Made by a program: the position numbers and the translations under genes. Below the pieces are notes generated by a model. It was not told where the DNA came from. It saw only the letters and a list, made by a program, of their open reading frames with translations, and ran no database searches. A DNA stretch of 64,000 nt, from NCBI RefSeq assembly GCF_030144855.1, contig NC_082739.1, forward strand, positions 23,002,001-23,066,000, given 5' to 3'. Positions 1 through 13,185 of this stretch are shown here, piece after piece. This DNA is from Hypanus sabinus. Taxonomy: Eukaryota. Each line of letters starts with the position of its first letter. Position 1 is the stretch's first letter.

Positions 1-780
1 ACAAATACGTGAATTCATACACTAAATACCTTGTGCCCACATCTGCTAAGTATCCCTGACTCTCCTGGATAGTCAAAGAATAGCAAAGGTATTACCGGGG
101 CGGAGAACACACACAAAATGCTGGATGAACTCAGCAGAATCTATGGAAAAGATACACTTGTTATTATGGGCCAAGACCCTTCAGCAGAAACTGTTTTCTT
201 TTCTCAGCAGAACATGGGGCTGTGAGAGTCGCATTCTTTGTGTCCTTTAGGATGAGAGGGGAAAGATTTAAAAGGAGCTTGAGGGGGCAATTTCTTTCAT
301 GTAGAGGGTAGTTACCATGTGAAATGAGATGCCAGAGGAAGTATAATAGTATAATTTAAAAAGCTCTTGGATAGGTACTTGGGGGAGGGGCGGGATTTAG
401 AAAGCCAAACACAGGAAATTGGGAATAGCTAGGTGGGCATCAGATTTCAGATTCACTTACTTACCACATGTATATCGAAGCATACAGTGAAATGTGTTTG
501 TTTGTGTTAACAACGAACACACACAAGGGTGTGTTGGGGGCAGTCAGCAAGTGACTCCATATGCTCTGGCAGCAACATTGCATGCCTAGAGTGATTCGCA
601 GAACAACAGAAACAACAGAACCACCAAAATGAAATAAAAACAACTGCAAATAAAGCCCCTTTCCTCCTTCCCACTCACACAGTCAGGCCTCCAACCCCAG
701 GACAGGCAACCTCCGGGCCTCTGGCTTCCAGTGGGAAATCCAAGTTCAATGTAAATTTATTATCGAAGTATGTATAATAG

Positions 781-1360
781 CAGGCAGCGGTCGATCCCAG
801 GGGAACATGGATGGACTGTGTCCTCTCCAGGGTGCAAGCCTGGGTGGGAAGATTTGAAGAACCGGCTGTTGCCCATGCAGTGGGTTCCCTCTCTCCACAT
901 TACTGATGTAATCCAAGGGAAGGGCAAGCGCTGATACAGCTTGGTACCAGTGTCGTCACAGAGGTTGCCAGAGTGAAGTTGTAATCAACATCAAACTGCC
1001 TTAGGGACCACAGCTCTGGATTTGTCCTCAAGGTTTACTCCCGAAGCCTTTCCCATGGGTGGGTATGGCCACAGCAGAGATTTAAAATCAGAGTTTTCCT
1101 TCTCCTAGGCAGGCTGCCCTCCAAGGCTGATGAGGCCCATCTGCCTGAAGCAGCTGGTTTTGAGGCGCCAGTGGTCCATCTTTTCCCCATCTCTCATCAG
1201 TAGAACCAGTTCTGCCGGACCTACTAGCTAAGCCATATGTGAAGGCCAAGGGTTGGACTTGGTTGTCAGAGGCTGTTAGAGTTGCACGCCATTTGGAGCA
1301 CTTTATAGGTAGTGGGAGCTTATCCCCACTGCCTCCCCGGCTATGACAACCTTAGGAACC
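781..1360 (-). mobile_element. Interspersed repeat, tentatively the 5' region of an RTE-clade LINE
   Basis: GC-richer block. 825-960 is the reverse-complement homologue of the 3' half of the SINE at 11567-11880. The family call is from recollection of RTE 5' motifs only. Confidence 0.4.
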
Positions 1361-1684
1361 GGATACTAGCCTGAGAGTAATTTTCTTGAAGGCATTCACA
1401 GTAGAACAAAGAAACACAATAGAATCAATGAAAAACTACACACAAGGGACTGTGCCTGCACTGTATTTTTCTATTGACTCTGTGACTCTATGAAGTTACC
1501 ATAAAGGGCCAGTAACATTCCAGTTGGTATCTTACATGTACCTTGTGCTGTGTGTGACTGTTGGTACTGTATTTTGCACTTTGGCCCCAGAGGAATAATG
1601 TTTCCTTTGGCTGTATTCAGGTATTGTTAAATGACAATTAAACTTGAACTTGAATGATTCCACCCACACTGGGTGGGCATGGAC

Positions 1685-2075
1685 TGTTTGTCCCACTCCC
1701 ATCAGGGAGGAGGCTATGTAGCATCCACACCAGGACCACCAGACTCAAAAACAGTTACTTTCCCCAAGCAGTGAGGCCGATCAACACCTCCACCCACTAA
1801 CCCACCCCTCACACCCCCAACCACTGCTACTTTATCATTTCCTGTCAGTCACCTTACGTATAGACACTCTTGTGCCCAGCGTCACTTTATGGATAGACAA
1901 TCAATCTACGTATATAAGCTATCTTATGTATATATATTTATTGTGTTTTTATTATTATTGTGTTCTTCGTCTTATTGTGGTTTTTTGTTGCTGCAACAGA
2001 TCCAGAATAACAATTTTTTGTTCTTTACACTAGTGTACTGGAAATGGCACAAAATAATCTTGAATTTGAATCTTG
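1685..2075 (+). mobile_element. Rex1/Babar-like LINE 3' end
   Basis: RT C-terminal remnant (LPSGRR..SIHTRTTRLKNSYFPQAVR) and a tail ending atcttgaatttgaatcttga; a similar copy lies at 21030-21315. Confidence 0.65.
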
Positions 2076-2171
2076 ACTCTGTTAGAAATCTGGGTGTGTT
2101 GGTATGTTTTAATTTTGAGGACCCTCTTGGCAGTAATGTTTGTATTTTAGTTCTTTCTTTTACTGTTGCAG

Positions 2172-2342
2172 AGACTCCATCTGCTCCGACCGTGTTGACT
2201 ACCGTTCCGTATTCCAGCTCAGCACAGATTAAAGTGGAGGAACCTGAATCAACTGGCGGTGTCCCAGTCCTCAAGTACCTGGTCGAGTGGAAAGTTCAGG
2301 GCACTGATGAGTGGTTCACTAAAAATGCAGATGCAAAGGAAG
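2172..2342 (+). CDS. ncam1: NCAM1 exon (equivalent to mammalian exon 11), first half of FN3 domain 1
   Basis: Acceptor ttgcag|AG and donor GAAG|gtaagt; 171 nt, phase 1-1. Translates ETPSAPTVLTTVPYSSSAQIKVEEPESTGGVPVLKYLVEWKVQGTDEWFTKNADAKE, matching NCAM1 DTPSSP..VEPYSSTAQVQFDEPEATGGVPILKY..EW....YDAKE rather than NCAM2. Confidence 0.96.
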
Positions 2343-2502
2343 GTAAGTTTGCAAAGGCAACTGGGTAATGGACAACGGGCTGTGAGTGTGATTTTCCTAC
2401 ATTCACGCCTGGTGAAGATACTTTTGTGCAATGAACAGGGAGAGAGGAAAGGTTGAACAAAACTGAATACAATACTCCAAGTTTGTCCATCTCTATTTTT
2501 GC

Positions 2503-2738
2503 ACTTACCCTTTGAGCCACACCACCCCAGAAACCCCCCGGCAAACCCGATTGACCCTAACCTAATCACGGGACAATTTACAGTGACCAATTAACCTACC
2601 CAGTATGTCTTTGGGCTGTGAGAGGACCCGGAGAATACTCATGCATTCCACGAGGAGAACACAGCAGAATTGAACTCCAAAATCCTGAACGCCCCAAGCT
2701 GTAATAGTTCTGCGCTAACCTCTACACTATTGTGGCAC
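2503..2738 (-). mobile_element. HE1-like tRNA-derived SINE
   Basis: Shares gacaatttaca.tgaccaattaacctac....tctttgg.ctgtg core with copies near 5668-5927(+), 15110-15385(-), 22050-22310(-), 29093-29350(+), 36182-36405(+) and 42850-43135(-). Confidence 0.75.
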
Positions 2739-2814
2739 CCATTGTATTCAACCAAACTCTGTTCTGTCTCTATTCAAAGCCACAGCATACAGGTCAACAT
2801 GCTTTATCATCCTC

Positions 2815-3250
2815 TATCTGGATTAGAGATCATATCTATCAGGAAAAGTTGAGCGAGCTAGGGTTTTTCTCTTTGGCATAAAGGAGGATGAGAGGTGACT
2901 TGATGGAGATGTATAAGATGATAAGAGGCATAGAGAGAGTGAATGGTTAGAGACTATTTCCCAGGACAGAAATGGATAACATGAGGGGGCATAATTTTAA
3001 GGTGACTGGAGAAAAGTATAGGGGAGATGGCAGAGGTAAGTTTTTTACAGAGAGTGGTGGGTGTCACTGCCTGGGGTGGTGATAGAGCATATTTATCAGG
3101 GACATTTAAGAGATGCTTAGACAAATGGATGAAAGAAAAACAGAGCGCTATGTAGGAGGGATCTGTTAGATTGATCTTAGAGTAGGTTAAAAGATCGGCA
3201 CAACATTGAGGGCCGAAGGGCTTGTACCATGCTATTCTGATGTATGTTCT
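2815..3250 (+). mobile_element. CR1 LINE 3' fragment
   Basis: LGFFSL..RRMRGDLMEMYKMIRG motif followed by a CR1-type tail. Confidence 0.8.
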
Positions 3251-4724
3251 ATGAACGTCACTGCAGCATTATTCTGTTTCTTATGAGAGTCAACTGCTTA
3301 TTGACTCCATTAGAAAATCTTGGCACATTTTCAAAATGAAAACTGAAAATACTTGAAAAACTCAGCAGGCCAGTCAGCACCTGTGGAAAGAAAGACAGTC
3401 AATGTTTTGGGTCTGTGACCCCTTGTCACAACTGGGAGAGAGAGAGTGGCGAGTTAGTTTTGAATGGGAAAGGTAGTGGGGTAGGGATGTATAGACCAAA
3501 GTGAATTTCCTTGCTTGGATGAGCTGAAATGGCTTAATGGGGACAGTTAAATGCCAGGAATGGAATCCTTACACCTAGAACTGCTGATAGCAGACCTCCA
3601 AAAGACATGGTAACATTATGTTTGGACCTCACTCCATTTCTGTCCATGGGTGTGGCCTAGAGACAACAAGAGGACAGCAGTTCCTGTAAAATGGAGATCA
3701 GGTGAGGGGGAAAAAGAAGAGGCCATCATCACGACCTGCCGCGAAATGCTGTTAATTTCTTAACGTCCAGTTATTAATAACAACCTCACAGTGAATACAA
3801 ACACGAGATTCTACAGATGCTGACCAATGAAGAGTCTGTCTGAAATCTCAACTGTTTATTCATTTCCATAGACTCTGTCTGATCTGCTGAGCTGCTCCAG
3901 CTTCTTGTGTGTGTTGTTCACAATAAATACATTTATTTATTAGTACAGGTGAATGCACAAATTATAAAAAGATGTCTGTAAAAATGATAACAAGTAATAT
4001 CTTGGAAAACCTTGTGCAAAAATACAACTCGTAATGGATGGAAGATACAAGTTATGTAATTGTACAAAGATATGACTTCCATTATAATTCAGTTGAGTTA
4101 CTGCAAAAATAAACTGTACTACATCTGTAGAAGGTAATCCATTCCATGCTGAAGAGAATAGACAGAACATTGTAAGGAATCCAGTTTAGTAATTGTTGTA
4201 AAGCTCCACATTTTTAAAGTGCTTCTTGCACTGTTGCTTTAATTGGTATACTACTTCTGGCTTGTTGGCAGCGATCCAGGGGACTAGGTGACACTTCATT
4301 ATAAAGCATAGAATCTGTAGCTCTAAAGGTACATGGCATAATGAGGGCTGTGCAGCATTAACTTACGGATCGAAAACAGCATGAATAATGTTTGGACAAG
4401 TCTGCAGTTTAAAATGTATTCCATTGTTCCTGGTAACCAGTTATCCTGTACAGAACATTTTATGTTCTTCATTTCAGTGACCTTTCCAGCTCATTTAGAA
4501 TATTATACCCAGCAACAAATCTTGCGAACCAAAATCGTAACTTATATTTTTGACAGTTTGCATTTTACAAATTGCCCTGGGTTTCTGTTTCAAAATTGGT
4601 TAACAATATACATCTTCAATAAAGTTAAGGCAGTTAAAACATTATTTGCTCCAGAAAAAATAAACTGGGGAATCTTACCAAATGTCATAGGAAGGCCTAG
4701 AGTAGCTCCTGTCTCTGCCAATGT

Positions 4725-6060
4725 GCATGAGAACAGTACAGACCCTTTGGCGCACAATGTTAACCTGCTCCAAGATTAATCTAACCCTTCATGGCCCTCC
4801 GTTTTAGTTTCATGAATGTACTTATCTGAGATTCTCTTAAATATCCCTAATGTACTGGCCTCTACCACTGCCCCTGGCAATGTGTTTCACACATTTACCA
4901 CTCTTTGTGTAAAAAAAACTGTCTGATGCCCCTCCCCTATACTTTTATTCCAGTCACCTTAAAATTATACCTTCTCGCATTGGGCATTTCTGCCCTGGTA
5001 CAAAGGCACTGCCTGTCCACTCTGTCTGTAGCTTGCATCATCTTAAGCACCTTCTTCAAGTCTCCTCTCAATCTGCTTTGCTCCAAAGAGAAAAGCCCTA
5101 GGTTGCTCAACCTTTCCTTATTCGACATAATTCAGGCAGTTTTCTGGTAAGTCTCCTCTGCACCCTCTTTAAAACTTACATATCTTTCCTATAATGAGGC
5201 AACCAGAACTGAACACAATATCCCAAGTGTGGTTCAACCAGGGTTTTATAGAGTTGCAACATTACCTCGTGACTCTTGAACTCAGTTCCCTGAGTCATGA
5301 AGGCCAACATGCCATACACCTTCTTATTTACCCTATCAATTTGTGTGACAACTTTGAGGGATCAGTGGACCTCAAGATCCCCCTTTTCCTCCACTCAGCT
5401 AAGAATCCTGCCACTAACCTTGCACTTACCTTCAAGATCAACCTTCCAAAGTGAATCATTTCACACTTTCCTGATTGAACTCCATCTGCGACTTCTCAGC
5501 CCAGCTCTACATCCTGTCTAAGTCCCATTATAACCTACAACAGCCTTCTACACTTTCCACAATGTCAACCACCTTTGATCAACTGCAAACTTAATAACCC
5601 ACCCTTCCACTTTCTCATCAAAGTCATTGATAAAAATCACAAAGAGTAGGGCCCTAGATGGGATAAGTCAGTAGTGTTGTGGTTAGCACAGGTGACCCAG
5701 GTTCAATTCCCACAGCTTCCTGTAAGGAGTTTGTATGTTCACCCCGTGACTGCATGGGTTTCCTCTGGGTGCTCCTGTTTTCTTTCACAGGCCAAAGATG
5801 TACCGGTTAGTAGGTTAATTGGTCATTGTAAATAGTCCCATGGTTAGGCTAGGGTTAAATCAGGTGTTTATCAGGTGGCGTGGCTCGAAGGGCCAATTCC
5901 TTGTTGTATCTAAATAAATAAATAAATACAGATCCCCATGGAACACCGCTGGTCACTATCCTCCAAACAGAATATACTCCATCTGCCTTCTATAGGCAGG
6001 CCAGTCCTGAATTCATGAGCCAATTTTCCATGTATCCCATGCCTCCTGTCTTTCTGAATG
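4725..6060 (-). mobile_element. CR1 LINE fragment interrupted by an HE1-like SINE (5668-5927)
   Basis: ORF 4937-5128: ERLSNLGLFSLEQSRLRGDL. Confidence 0.8.
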
Positions 6061-6404
6061 AGAACAACCCTCCTCTAAATCATTCTAATACATTGTATGA
6101 ATGAAACTCTGTCTCCATCAAAGTCATAATAATCAGCACATACAAAGTAATGATGGGATTAAATTTATCCAGTGTTCAAGGTTCTAGACCATTTCCTGCA
6201 TTTGTTAACATTTAAATCTCTAAGCTAGTCGGGGTGTCAAAGGTTACAGGGAGAAAGCAGGAGAATTGATGGATAATAAATCAATCAAGATGGAATGGCA
6301 GAGCAGACTCAATGAGCTGAATGGCCTAATTCTACTCCTGTGTCTTCTGGTCTCAAAGCAATGTTTTCATGCTATCTGGGCAGTGTGAGAGAGTGTGGTA
6401 ATTC

Positions 6405-6670
6405 TAAACACAAGAGATTCTGCAGATACTGGAATTCCAGATCAATGCACACACAAAATGCTGGAGGAACTCTGCAGGTCAGGCAGCATCTGCAAAAGTG
6501 AATAACAAGTTGATTTTTTTTGGGCTGACACCCTTCATCAAATCTAGAAATTTAGGGGGAAGATGCCCGAATGGAAAAAAAAATGGGGGTGGGGGGAAGA
6601 AGTGATAGGTGAAGCCAGGTAGGTTGAGGAGAGGGTGGGATAAAGGAAGAAGCTGGGAGGTGAAGGTGGA
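6405..6670 (-). mobile_element. Penelope-derived terminal repeat fragment
   Basis: acacaaaatgctggaggaactc...gcagcatct head, degenerate hammerhead motif and purine-rich tract, as in 54262-54927. Confidence 0.65.
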
Positions 6671-6713
6671 AATCATAAAAATAATTTGTGTAACAGTTTT
6701 TAATATCTGACAG

Positions 6714-6848
6714 TTCTAGGTTCCGAGAATGCCATTACCATCAGTGGACTCTTTCCAGAGACCACATATAACCTTCGGTTATCTGCTGTGAATGGGAAGG
6801 GAACTGGTGACGCCAGCCAGATCATTACGTTCACAACACAGCAAGTTC
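6714..6848 (+). CDS. ncam1: NCAM1 exon (exon 12 equivalent), second half of FN3 domain 1
   Basis: tgacag|TTCTAG...GTTC|gtaagt; 135 nt, in frame with the previous exon. Translates VLGSENAITISGLFPETTYNLRLSAVNGKGTGDASQIITFTTQQV, matching NCAM1 GLKPETTYAVRLAALNGKGLG..FKTQPV. A second in-frame acceptor would start the exon at 6720. Not in the ORF track. Confidence 0.95.
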
Positions 6849-8496
6849 GTAAGTACAAGATGGTTCTTTGAACACTCCATTTACAGTGGCAGAGTCACTT
6901 AGATTAGATAAGGAAATGGGCATTGAACATTTGGACTCATTAACTTGAACATCATATTCAATAACTAGTACTTTAAAGGCCATTATGTAGTCAGAGTGTC
7001 ACAGGTACTCTGAAATGGAGTTAAACCATCTCTAAAGACTTAATGTTGCACATACTAACAAATACTGTCCACAGTGTTCATATTGTTAGCTCTGCAATAT
7101 TACCTTGAAGCATTCTGTCCTAATTTTTACCTTTACTGCATTATTTAAAGATGATTTAGCTGAATGTTTTTCAATGTAAAATATTAGCCCTTTGAAGATA
7201 CCAGATTTTTTTCTATTACGAGGAGGACATGAAGATTGAAACCACGAGCAAGAGAATTGCTGAAAAAATATATGGTCTGTGCATGTTATTTATATAAAGT
7301 GGCATTTCTTTTTCTGTGTGTGTGTCCTAAATGGCCCAAAAGAATCTCACTGATCGGGAGACTTCAAGTGATGGTGGTTTAAATCCTGGCGATAAACCAG
7401 TTCATTGTGGCTGTGAGAATCTGCTTTCTGACCAATCCTGAGAAGGAAGATAAAGAGTCTTCCCTGAAGTAATATAATTTCAGAAAATGAAGTGCCGGTT
7501 GATGGTACAGATTACTGGCCCTAATTTCACACCTAATTTGGCAGCTTTATCTGTGAGAAAAGCAATCTTTTAAATGTGCAAATGGCTGCATTGTGTTGGC
7601 ACAATCCCCTGAAATTCAGTTCCATAGAGAAGCTAACATTAACGTTGATGGATGTTCTGGAATTTGAATGTACTGTGTAGTGACCAGAAAGGACAGGCAT
7701 TGGAAATTCAGATTTTTATCTTTATTCAATTTGTTTGACAAAAGTTTGTAATTGCGTCAAGGAAGGAAGCACACAGTTGTTAGAGAGCAGGTCTCCAAAA
7801 GCTTTTAATCTTCACACATATTGGTCAAAGTAATTCTGTTTTTAAAAGTTCTCATATAATTGTCTGGCTAATAAGTATTAACAGCTTGTCACCACTTCTG
7901 AAACAAAATTGGTTGTGATTTTAGCATTTGTGTTCACTGCACCAGTAGGGACAGGCGAGAGGAGGGTTGTATTTTATAAATTGAACATCTAGTATATGTC
8001 CTGATGTGGAAGCAACAAAACAAAGTAAGTCTATAATTTGAGCCCGGTCCCCCATTTGTGATGCAGGCACTGGTATTGTTCATGAGAACTGCAGATGGAA
8101 AGAAATTGTTACAGAGTTGTACAGTGTTACCCTGATTGTCAGTTGTGGGATGAACAAGGAGGAGAAGCATTGAATTTTGGTTGTTAATCATGTCATATGT
8201 GAATGGTACAAACGCCCACAGAAGGTGACCTCTCCCACACTCCATTAGCCCATTGAAGTACACAGAGGGAGTGGTTGTGGATGTGGCTTCTGTGTTAGGC
8301 TGTAAAGCTCTGCTTGTAATTTTAGTTTTGTTAACCCTTGTTTTTATGAATGCACTGTAATCTAAACCACTCTCTATCACATTATAGCTATTTATAACCA
8401 TTCAGTTTTAGGAATCAAGTAGTGATCCCTCTTTTTTAATTACAATGTGGTTTCTGTGGTAAAATCAAGTTTCATTTCCGTCTTTATTTCATTATT

Positions 8497-11181
8497 AAGA
8501 CCATAAGACATAGGAGCAGAATTAGGTCATTTGGCCAATTGAATTCGCTGTGCCATTTTATCATGGCTGATCCATTTCCTTCTCAATCCACTTCTCCTGC
8601 TTTTTCCCTGTAACCTTTATGCCCTGACTAATCAAGAATCGTATCAACTTTTGCTTTAAATGTACCTAATGACTTGGTCTCCACAGCTGGTTATGGTGAT
8701 GAATTCCACAGATTCACCATTCTCTGACTAAAGAAATTCCTCCTAATCTCTATTTTAAATGGATGTCCATCTATCCTGTGGTTGTGCCCTCTGGTCCTAG
8801 ACACCCCAACTATAGGAAACACTCTATTGATTGTTTCCCCCTCATTCTTCTAAATTTCAGTGAGTACAGGTCTGAAGGCATCAAACACTCCTCATGTGAT
8901 AAGCCTTTCATTCCTGGAATCATTTTCATGAACCTACTTTGAACTCTCTCCAATGTCAGCACATCTTTTCTGTACGAAACTGCTCACAATACTCCAAGTG
9001 AGTTCTCACCAGTGCCTTATGAAGTCTCAATATTGCATCCCTGTTTTTATATTCTAGTCCTCTCAAAATGAATGTAAACATTGCATTTGCCGCCTTCATC
9101 ACTGATTCAACTTGCAAGTTAACCTTTAAGGAATCCTGCACAAAGACTCCCAAATCTCTTTGCACCTTGGATTTTTGAATTTTCTCCCCACTTGGAATAC
9201 AGTTTACCATTTTTCCTTCTACCAAAGTGTATGACCACACACTTCCCGACCTTGTATTCCATCTGCCACTTCTTTGCCCATTCTCCTAATCTGTCTAAGT
9301 CCTTCTGCAGCCTCTCTGCTTCCTCAATACTACCTGCCTCTCCACCTATCTTCATATCCTGCAAACTTGGCCACAAAGCCGTCAATTCTGTCATCTAAAT
9401 CACTGACATATAATGTAAACATAAGCGGTACCAACACAGACCCCTGTGGAACACCACTAGTCACTGGCAGCCAACCAGAGAAGTCTGCTTTTATTCCCTC
9501 TCTTTGCCTTCTGCCAATCAGCCAATGTTCAATTCATGCTAGAACCTTTCCTGTAATACCATAGACTCTTGCCTTGTTAAGCAATCTCACTTGTCAAAGG
9601 CCTTCTGAAGATCCAAGTACACAACATCCACTGATTCTCCTTTGTCTATCCTGCTTGTTATTACTTCAAAGAAGTCCAACAGATTTGTCAGACAAGAACC
9701 GAAGCTGATTTTGGCCTGCTTTATTATTTGTCTCCAAGTATCCCTAAACCTCATCCTAAATAATGGTCTCCAACATATTCTCAACTACTCAAGTCAGGCT
9801 AACTGGCCTATAATTTCCTTTCTTCTGCCTCCCTCCCCACTTAAAAGTAGAGGGGTATTTGCAATATACATTCCTCCAGAACCATGCCAGAAACTCGTGA
9901 TCCTTGAAAGATCATTACTAATGCTTCCACAATCTTTTCAGCTATCCTTTTTGGAACTCTGGGGTGAACATCTGGTCCAGGTGACTTATCTCCTTTCCTT
10001 TCTTATGGTGGTTTTAGTTGTCTTATGTTGATTTTAAAAGCTTCCTAATCCTCTAACTTCTGACTAATTTTTGCTGTATGTTGGGTTTGACTTCCCTTGT
10101 CAACCAGGGCTGTGACATCCTGCCCTTAGAATACCTCTTTGGGACATATCTATCCTGTGCCTTCTGAATTGCTCCCAGAAACTCCAGCCATTGTTGTTCT
10201 GCTGTCACCCCTGCTAGTGTCCCTTTACAATCAACTTTGGCCAGCTCCTATGTAATGCCTCTTTAATTCTCTTTACTCCACTGTAATACTTTATATTGGA
10301 CTTTATCTTCTCCCTCTCAAATTGTAGGGTGAATTGTGTCATATTATGATTATTGGCTTCTAAGGGTTCCTTTACCTTTAAACTCCCTAATCAAATCCAG
10401 TTCATTCCACAAGATCCAATTCAGAGTAGCTGATCCCCTCGTGGGCTCAACCACAAGCTGCTGTAAAAAGTCATCTTGTAGGTATTCTCTCTCTCGGGAT
10501 CCAAAATCAGTACCAACCTGATTTTTTATTATTTGTTAATATTAAAAAAATTATTATTATCTAGTTCCCAATATACCTGCATATAGAAATACTCAGTGTC
10601 TATCATAACATTGCCCTCTTTGCATGCTTTTTCAATCTCCTGTTGTTACTTACTATATATTACACATCCTGGCTACTGTTTGGAGGCCTGTATATAACCC
10701 CCATCAAGATATATTTTTCCCTTACAGTTCCTTAACTACCCACAATGATTCTACATGCTCCGATCCTACATTACCTCTTTATATTGATTTGATTTCATCT
10801 TTTGCCAACAGAGCCATTCCACCCCCTCTGGCTACCAGCCTGTCCATTAAATACAAGGTGTATCCTTGGATGTTAAGCTCCCAACTGTGATCTTCTTTCA
10901 GCCATGAGTCAATGATGACCACAACGTCATACCTGCCAGTCTCTAACTGCACTACAAGATCGTTTACCTTCTTCTGTATGCTGTGTATAACACCTTCAGT
11001 CCTGTATTTGTGACACTTTTTGATTTTATCCCCCGTTACACTGCAAATCATCCCACTGACTGCAATTCCGCCCTATCGTCTTCCTGTCCATCCCGACAGC
11101 CTCAGTACACACTGTCCCTGCTTTTATACTAACTGTCCCATCCCCAGCCCTTTCACTCAGTTTCCAATCACCTGCCAAATT
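8497..11181 (-). mobile_element. Long decayed CR1 LINE (APE endonuclease and RT remnants)
   Basis: ORF 10779-11051 (YDVVVIIDSWLKEDHSWELNIQGY), 9587-9784 (SCLTNLLDFFE...VDVVYLDLQKAFDK), 9119-9394 and 8956-9240. Frameshifted and internally deleted. Confidence 0.9.
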
Positions 11182-11274
11182 AAATGTTCTTGATAAGTTG
11201 TATTTTGTCCCTTTTCACATCTTTTCTTTTTTTCTTTCCATTCATCTCATCTCTGTCCATTACTATGGAAGCAG

Positions 11275-11292
11275 TTTTCAAAGCGGAGCCAA
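11275..11292 (+). CDS. ncam1: Candidate 18-nt alternative microexon (position of MSD1a/12A)
   Basis: Long pyrimidine tract 11201-11260, about 70 nt without AG, then gcag|TTTTCAAAGCGGAGCCAA|gtaagt with a consensus donor. Multiple of 3 and open in phase 1 (LFKAEP). Confidence 0.6.
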
Positions 11293-11566
11293 GTAAGTTC
11301 ATCCAATGATCCTGTTTCTGTCCCTGTTTGTTGTTCATGTCTTAGTTTTCCAATGTTTTTGGATATGTCTGTAATGTGTTACGCATCAGAGTGCAAAGTC
11401 ACAAAATGGGCTCATACTTGGCCCTCTGCAGAACGTAGTGCTCCCACCTGGGTCTAATCAACACTGCAGGGTAGTAATGAAATGATAACCAAGGCCAACT
11501 AGCAAAATGAACTGAAGTGAATTTGGCATCTACCCAGTTATATTCATGTTTACTCCTTGGCTTGGG

Positions 11567-11880
11567 TTGGCGCGTGGCCAAAAGGTTAAGGCGTTGGGCT
11601 AGTGATCTAGTGAAGGTCACTAGTTTGAGCCTCAGCTAAGGCAACGTGTTGTGTCCTTGAGCAAGGGATTTAACCACACATTGCTCTGCGACGACACTGT
11701 GCCAAGCTGTATCGGCCCTTGCCCTTCCCTTGGACAACATCGGTGGCGTGGAGAGGGGAGACTTGCAGCATGGGGAACTGCCAGTCTCCCATACAACCCT
11801 GCCCAGGCCTGCGCCCTGGAAACTTTCCAAGGCGCAAATCCATGGTCTCTCGATACTAACGGATGCCTATTATTATTATT
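11567..11880 (+). mobile_element. tRNA-head SINE with a probable RTE-related body and (TAT)n tail
   Basis: A-box-like gtggccaaaaggttaagg, B-box-like gtttgagcc, (tat)n tail; head shared with 52872-53140. Confidence 0.7.
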
Positions 11881-12625
11881 ACTCCTTGTCTGATTTCAAT
11901 GCAACAACTGAGGGCTGGTGGCAGCTCACTGCAGCCTTTCAATTGGTAGTGATTTAGCAATAAATGTATGACTGTAACATAAAAACACTTCTTATCATCT
12001 CTTGACATCAATCATTTAACATTTAATCACTATAAATCTGCAACAGCAATTATCTTAAAAGCATTCTAATTTAACCGTGCCTCTTACTCTGTTACCCAGG
12101 TGGATGGTTTGTCTTTTTCTGATATTGCAGTTCTTGTCCAGATCAACAGTGACCTTTTTTTAATCAATTGTCAAGGCAACATGATGTTTGTGTGTTTTGC
12201 CCTGATGGCATTGGGGCATGAGAGATGTCTCGGTGATAGCATCCACTTTAGGAAAGATTAGGTGAAGAGTACAATGTTGATTCATTGAGATTCATTCCTT
12301 GAGTTTCTCCTTGTGGGCAATGAGATGGTGAACATTTCTTTAAAACTACTCCAAGTGCTTGGGAAGTTGTGAAGTGACCAGCAGGAGCCAGACCTTCTCA
12401 CACACAAGATGCTGAAGTAACTCAGTAGGTCAGGCAGCATCTACAGAGAGGAATAATCAATGTTTCGTTGATGTTTTGGGTCAACACCCTTCACCAGAAA
12501 CCTTGGTTGTTGTTTATCATCTCTTGTAAAATGATCAGCAAGAGACTGATGTTCTCATGTCACCTCTTCCACCCTTGGCATATGCCTACACCCTCTTGCC
12601 GGTAAACTCCTGACCCTTGCAGCTA

Positions 12626-13156
12626 CATTCAGTGGCCACTTTATTTGGTACAGGAGTGTAACCCGGTATGGTCTGCTGCTTTAGTCCATCCACTTTCAGA
12701 TTCAATGTGATGTGTGTTCAGAGATGCTCTTCTGCACACCACTATTATAATGCATGGCTATCTGAGTTACTATCACCTTGAACTAGTCTGGCCATTCTCC
12801 TCTGGTATCTCTCATTAACAAAGCATTTTTGCCCACAGAACTGACACTCACTGGATGTTTTTTTGTTTCTCACACTATTCTCTGTAAACTGTAGAGACTT
12901 GTGTTTGAGAATCCTAGGAGATCAGCAGTTTCTGAAATACTCAAACCACCCCATCTGGTGCCAACAATTATTGCATGGTCAAAATCACTTAGATCACATT
13001 TCTTCCTCATTTTGATATTTGGTGTGAACAACAACTGAACCTCTTGACCATGTCTGCATGCTTTATATATTGAGTTGCTGCCACATGATTGGCTGATCAA
13101 ATATTTGCATTAATGATCAGGTGTATATGTGTACCTAATAAAGTGGCCACTGAGTG
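12626..13156 (-). mobile_element. Non-autonomous Tc1 element
   Basis: TA|cattcagtggccactttatt...aataaagtggccactgagtg|TA TIRs; transposase N-terminus MRKKCDLSDFDHAIIVGTRWGGLSISETADLLGFS. Confidence 0.9.
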
Positions 13157-13185
13157 TACACCCTTGCTTGAATCCCTTACAATTG

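Noticed and set aside
1123-1155. CTGATGA-GGC..GCC-TGAAG as a hammerhead, and CTGATGA in the SINE tail near 52903-52909 (-)
   Set aside because: No GAAA core or NUH cleavage geometry.
1889-2368. 159-aa ORF as a stand-alone gene
   Set aside because: Only 2172-2342 is exon; the N-terminal part is LINE tail and intron read-through.
5668-5760. tRNA genes at SINE heads
   Set aside because: Degenerate A/B boxes followed by SINE bodies, with no intact cloverleaf.
7934-8401. 155-aa antisense ORF in unique sequence
   Set aside because: No recognisable domain or splice context; probably chance.
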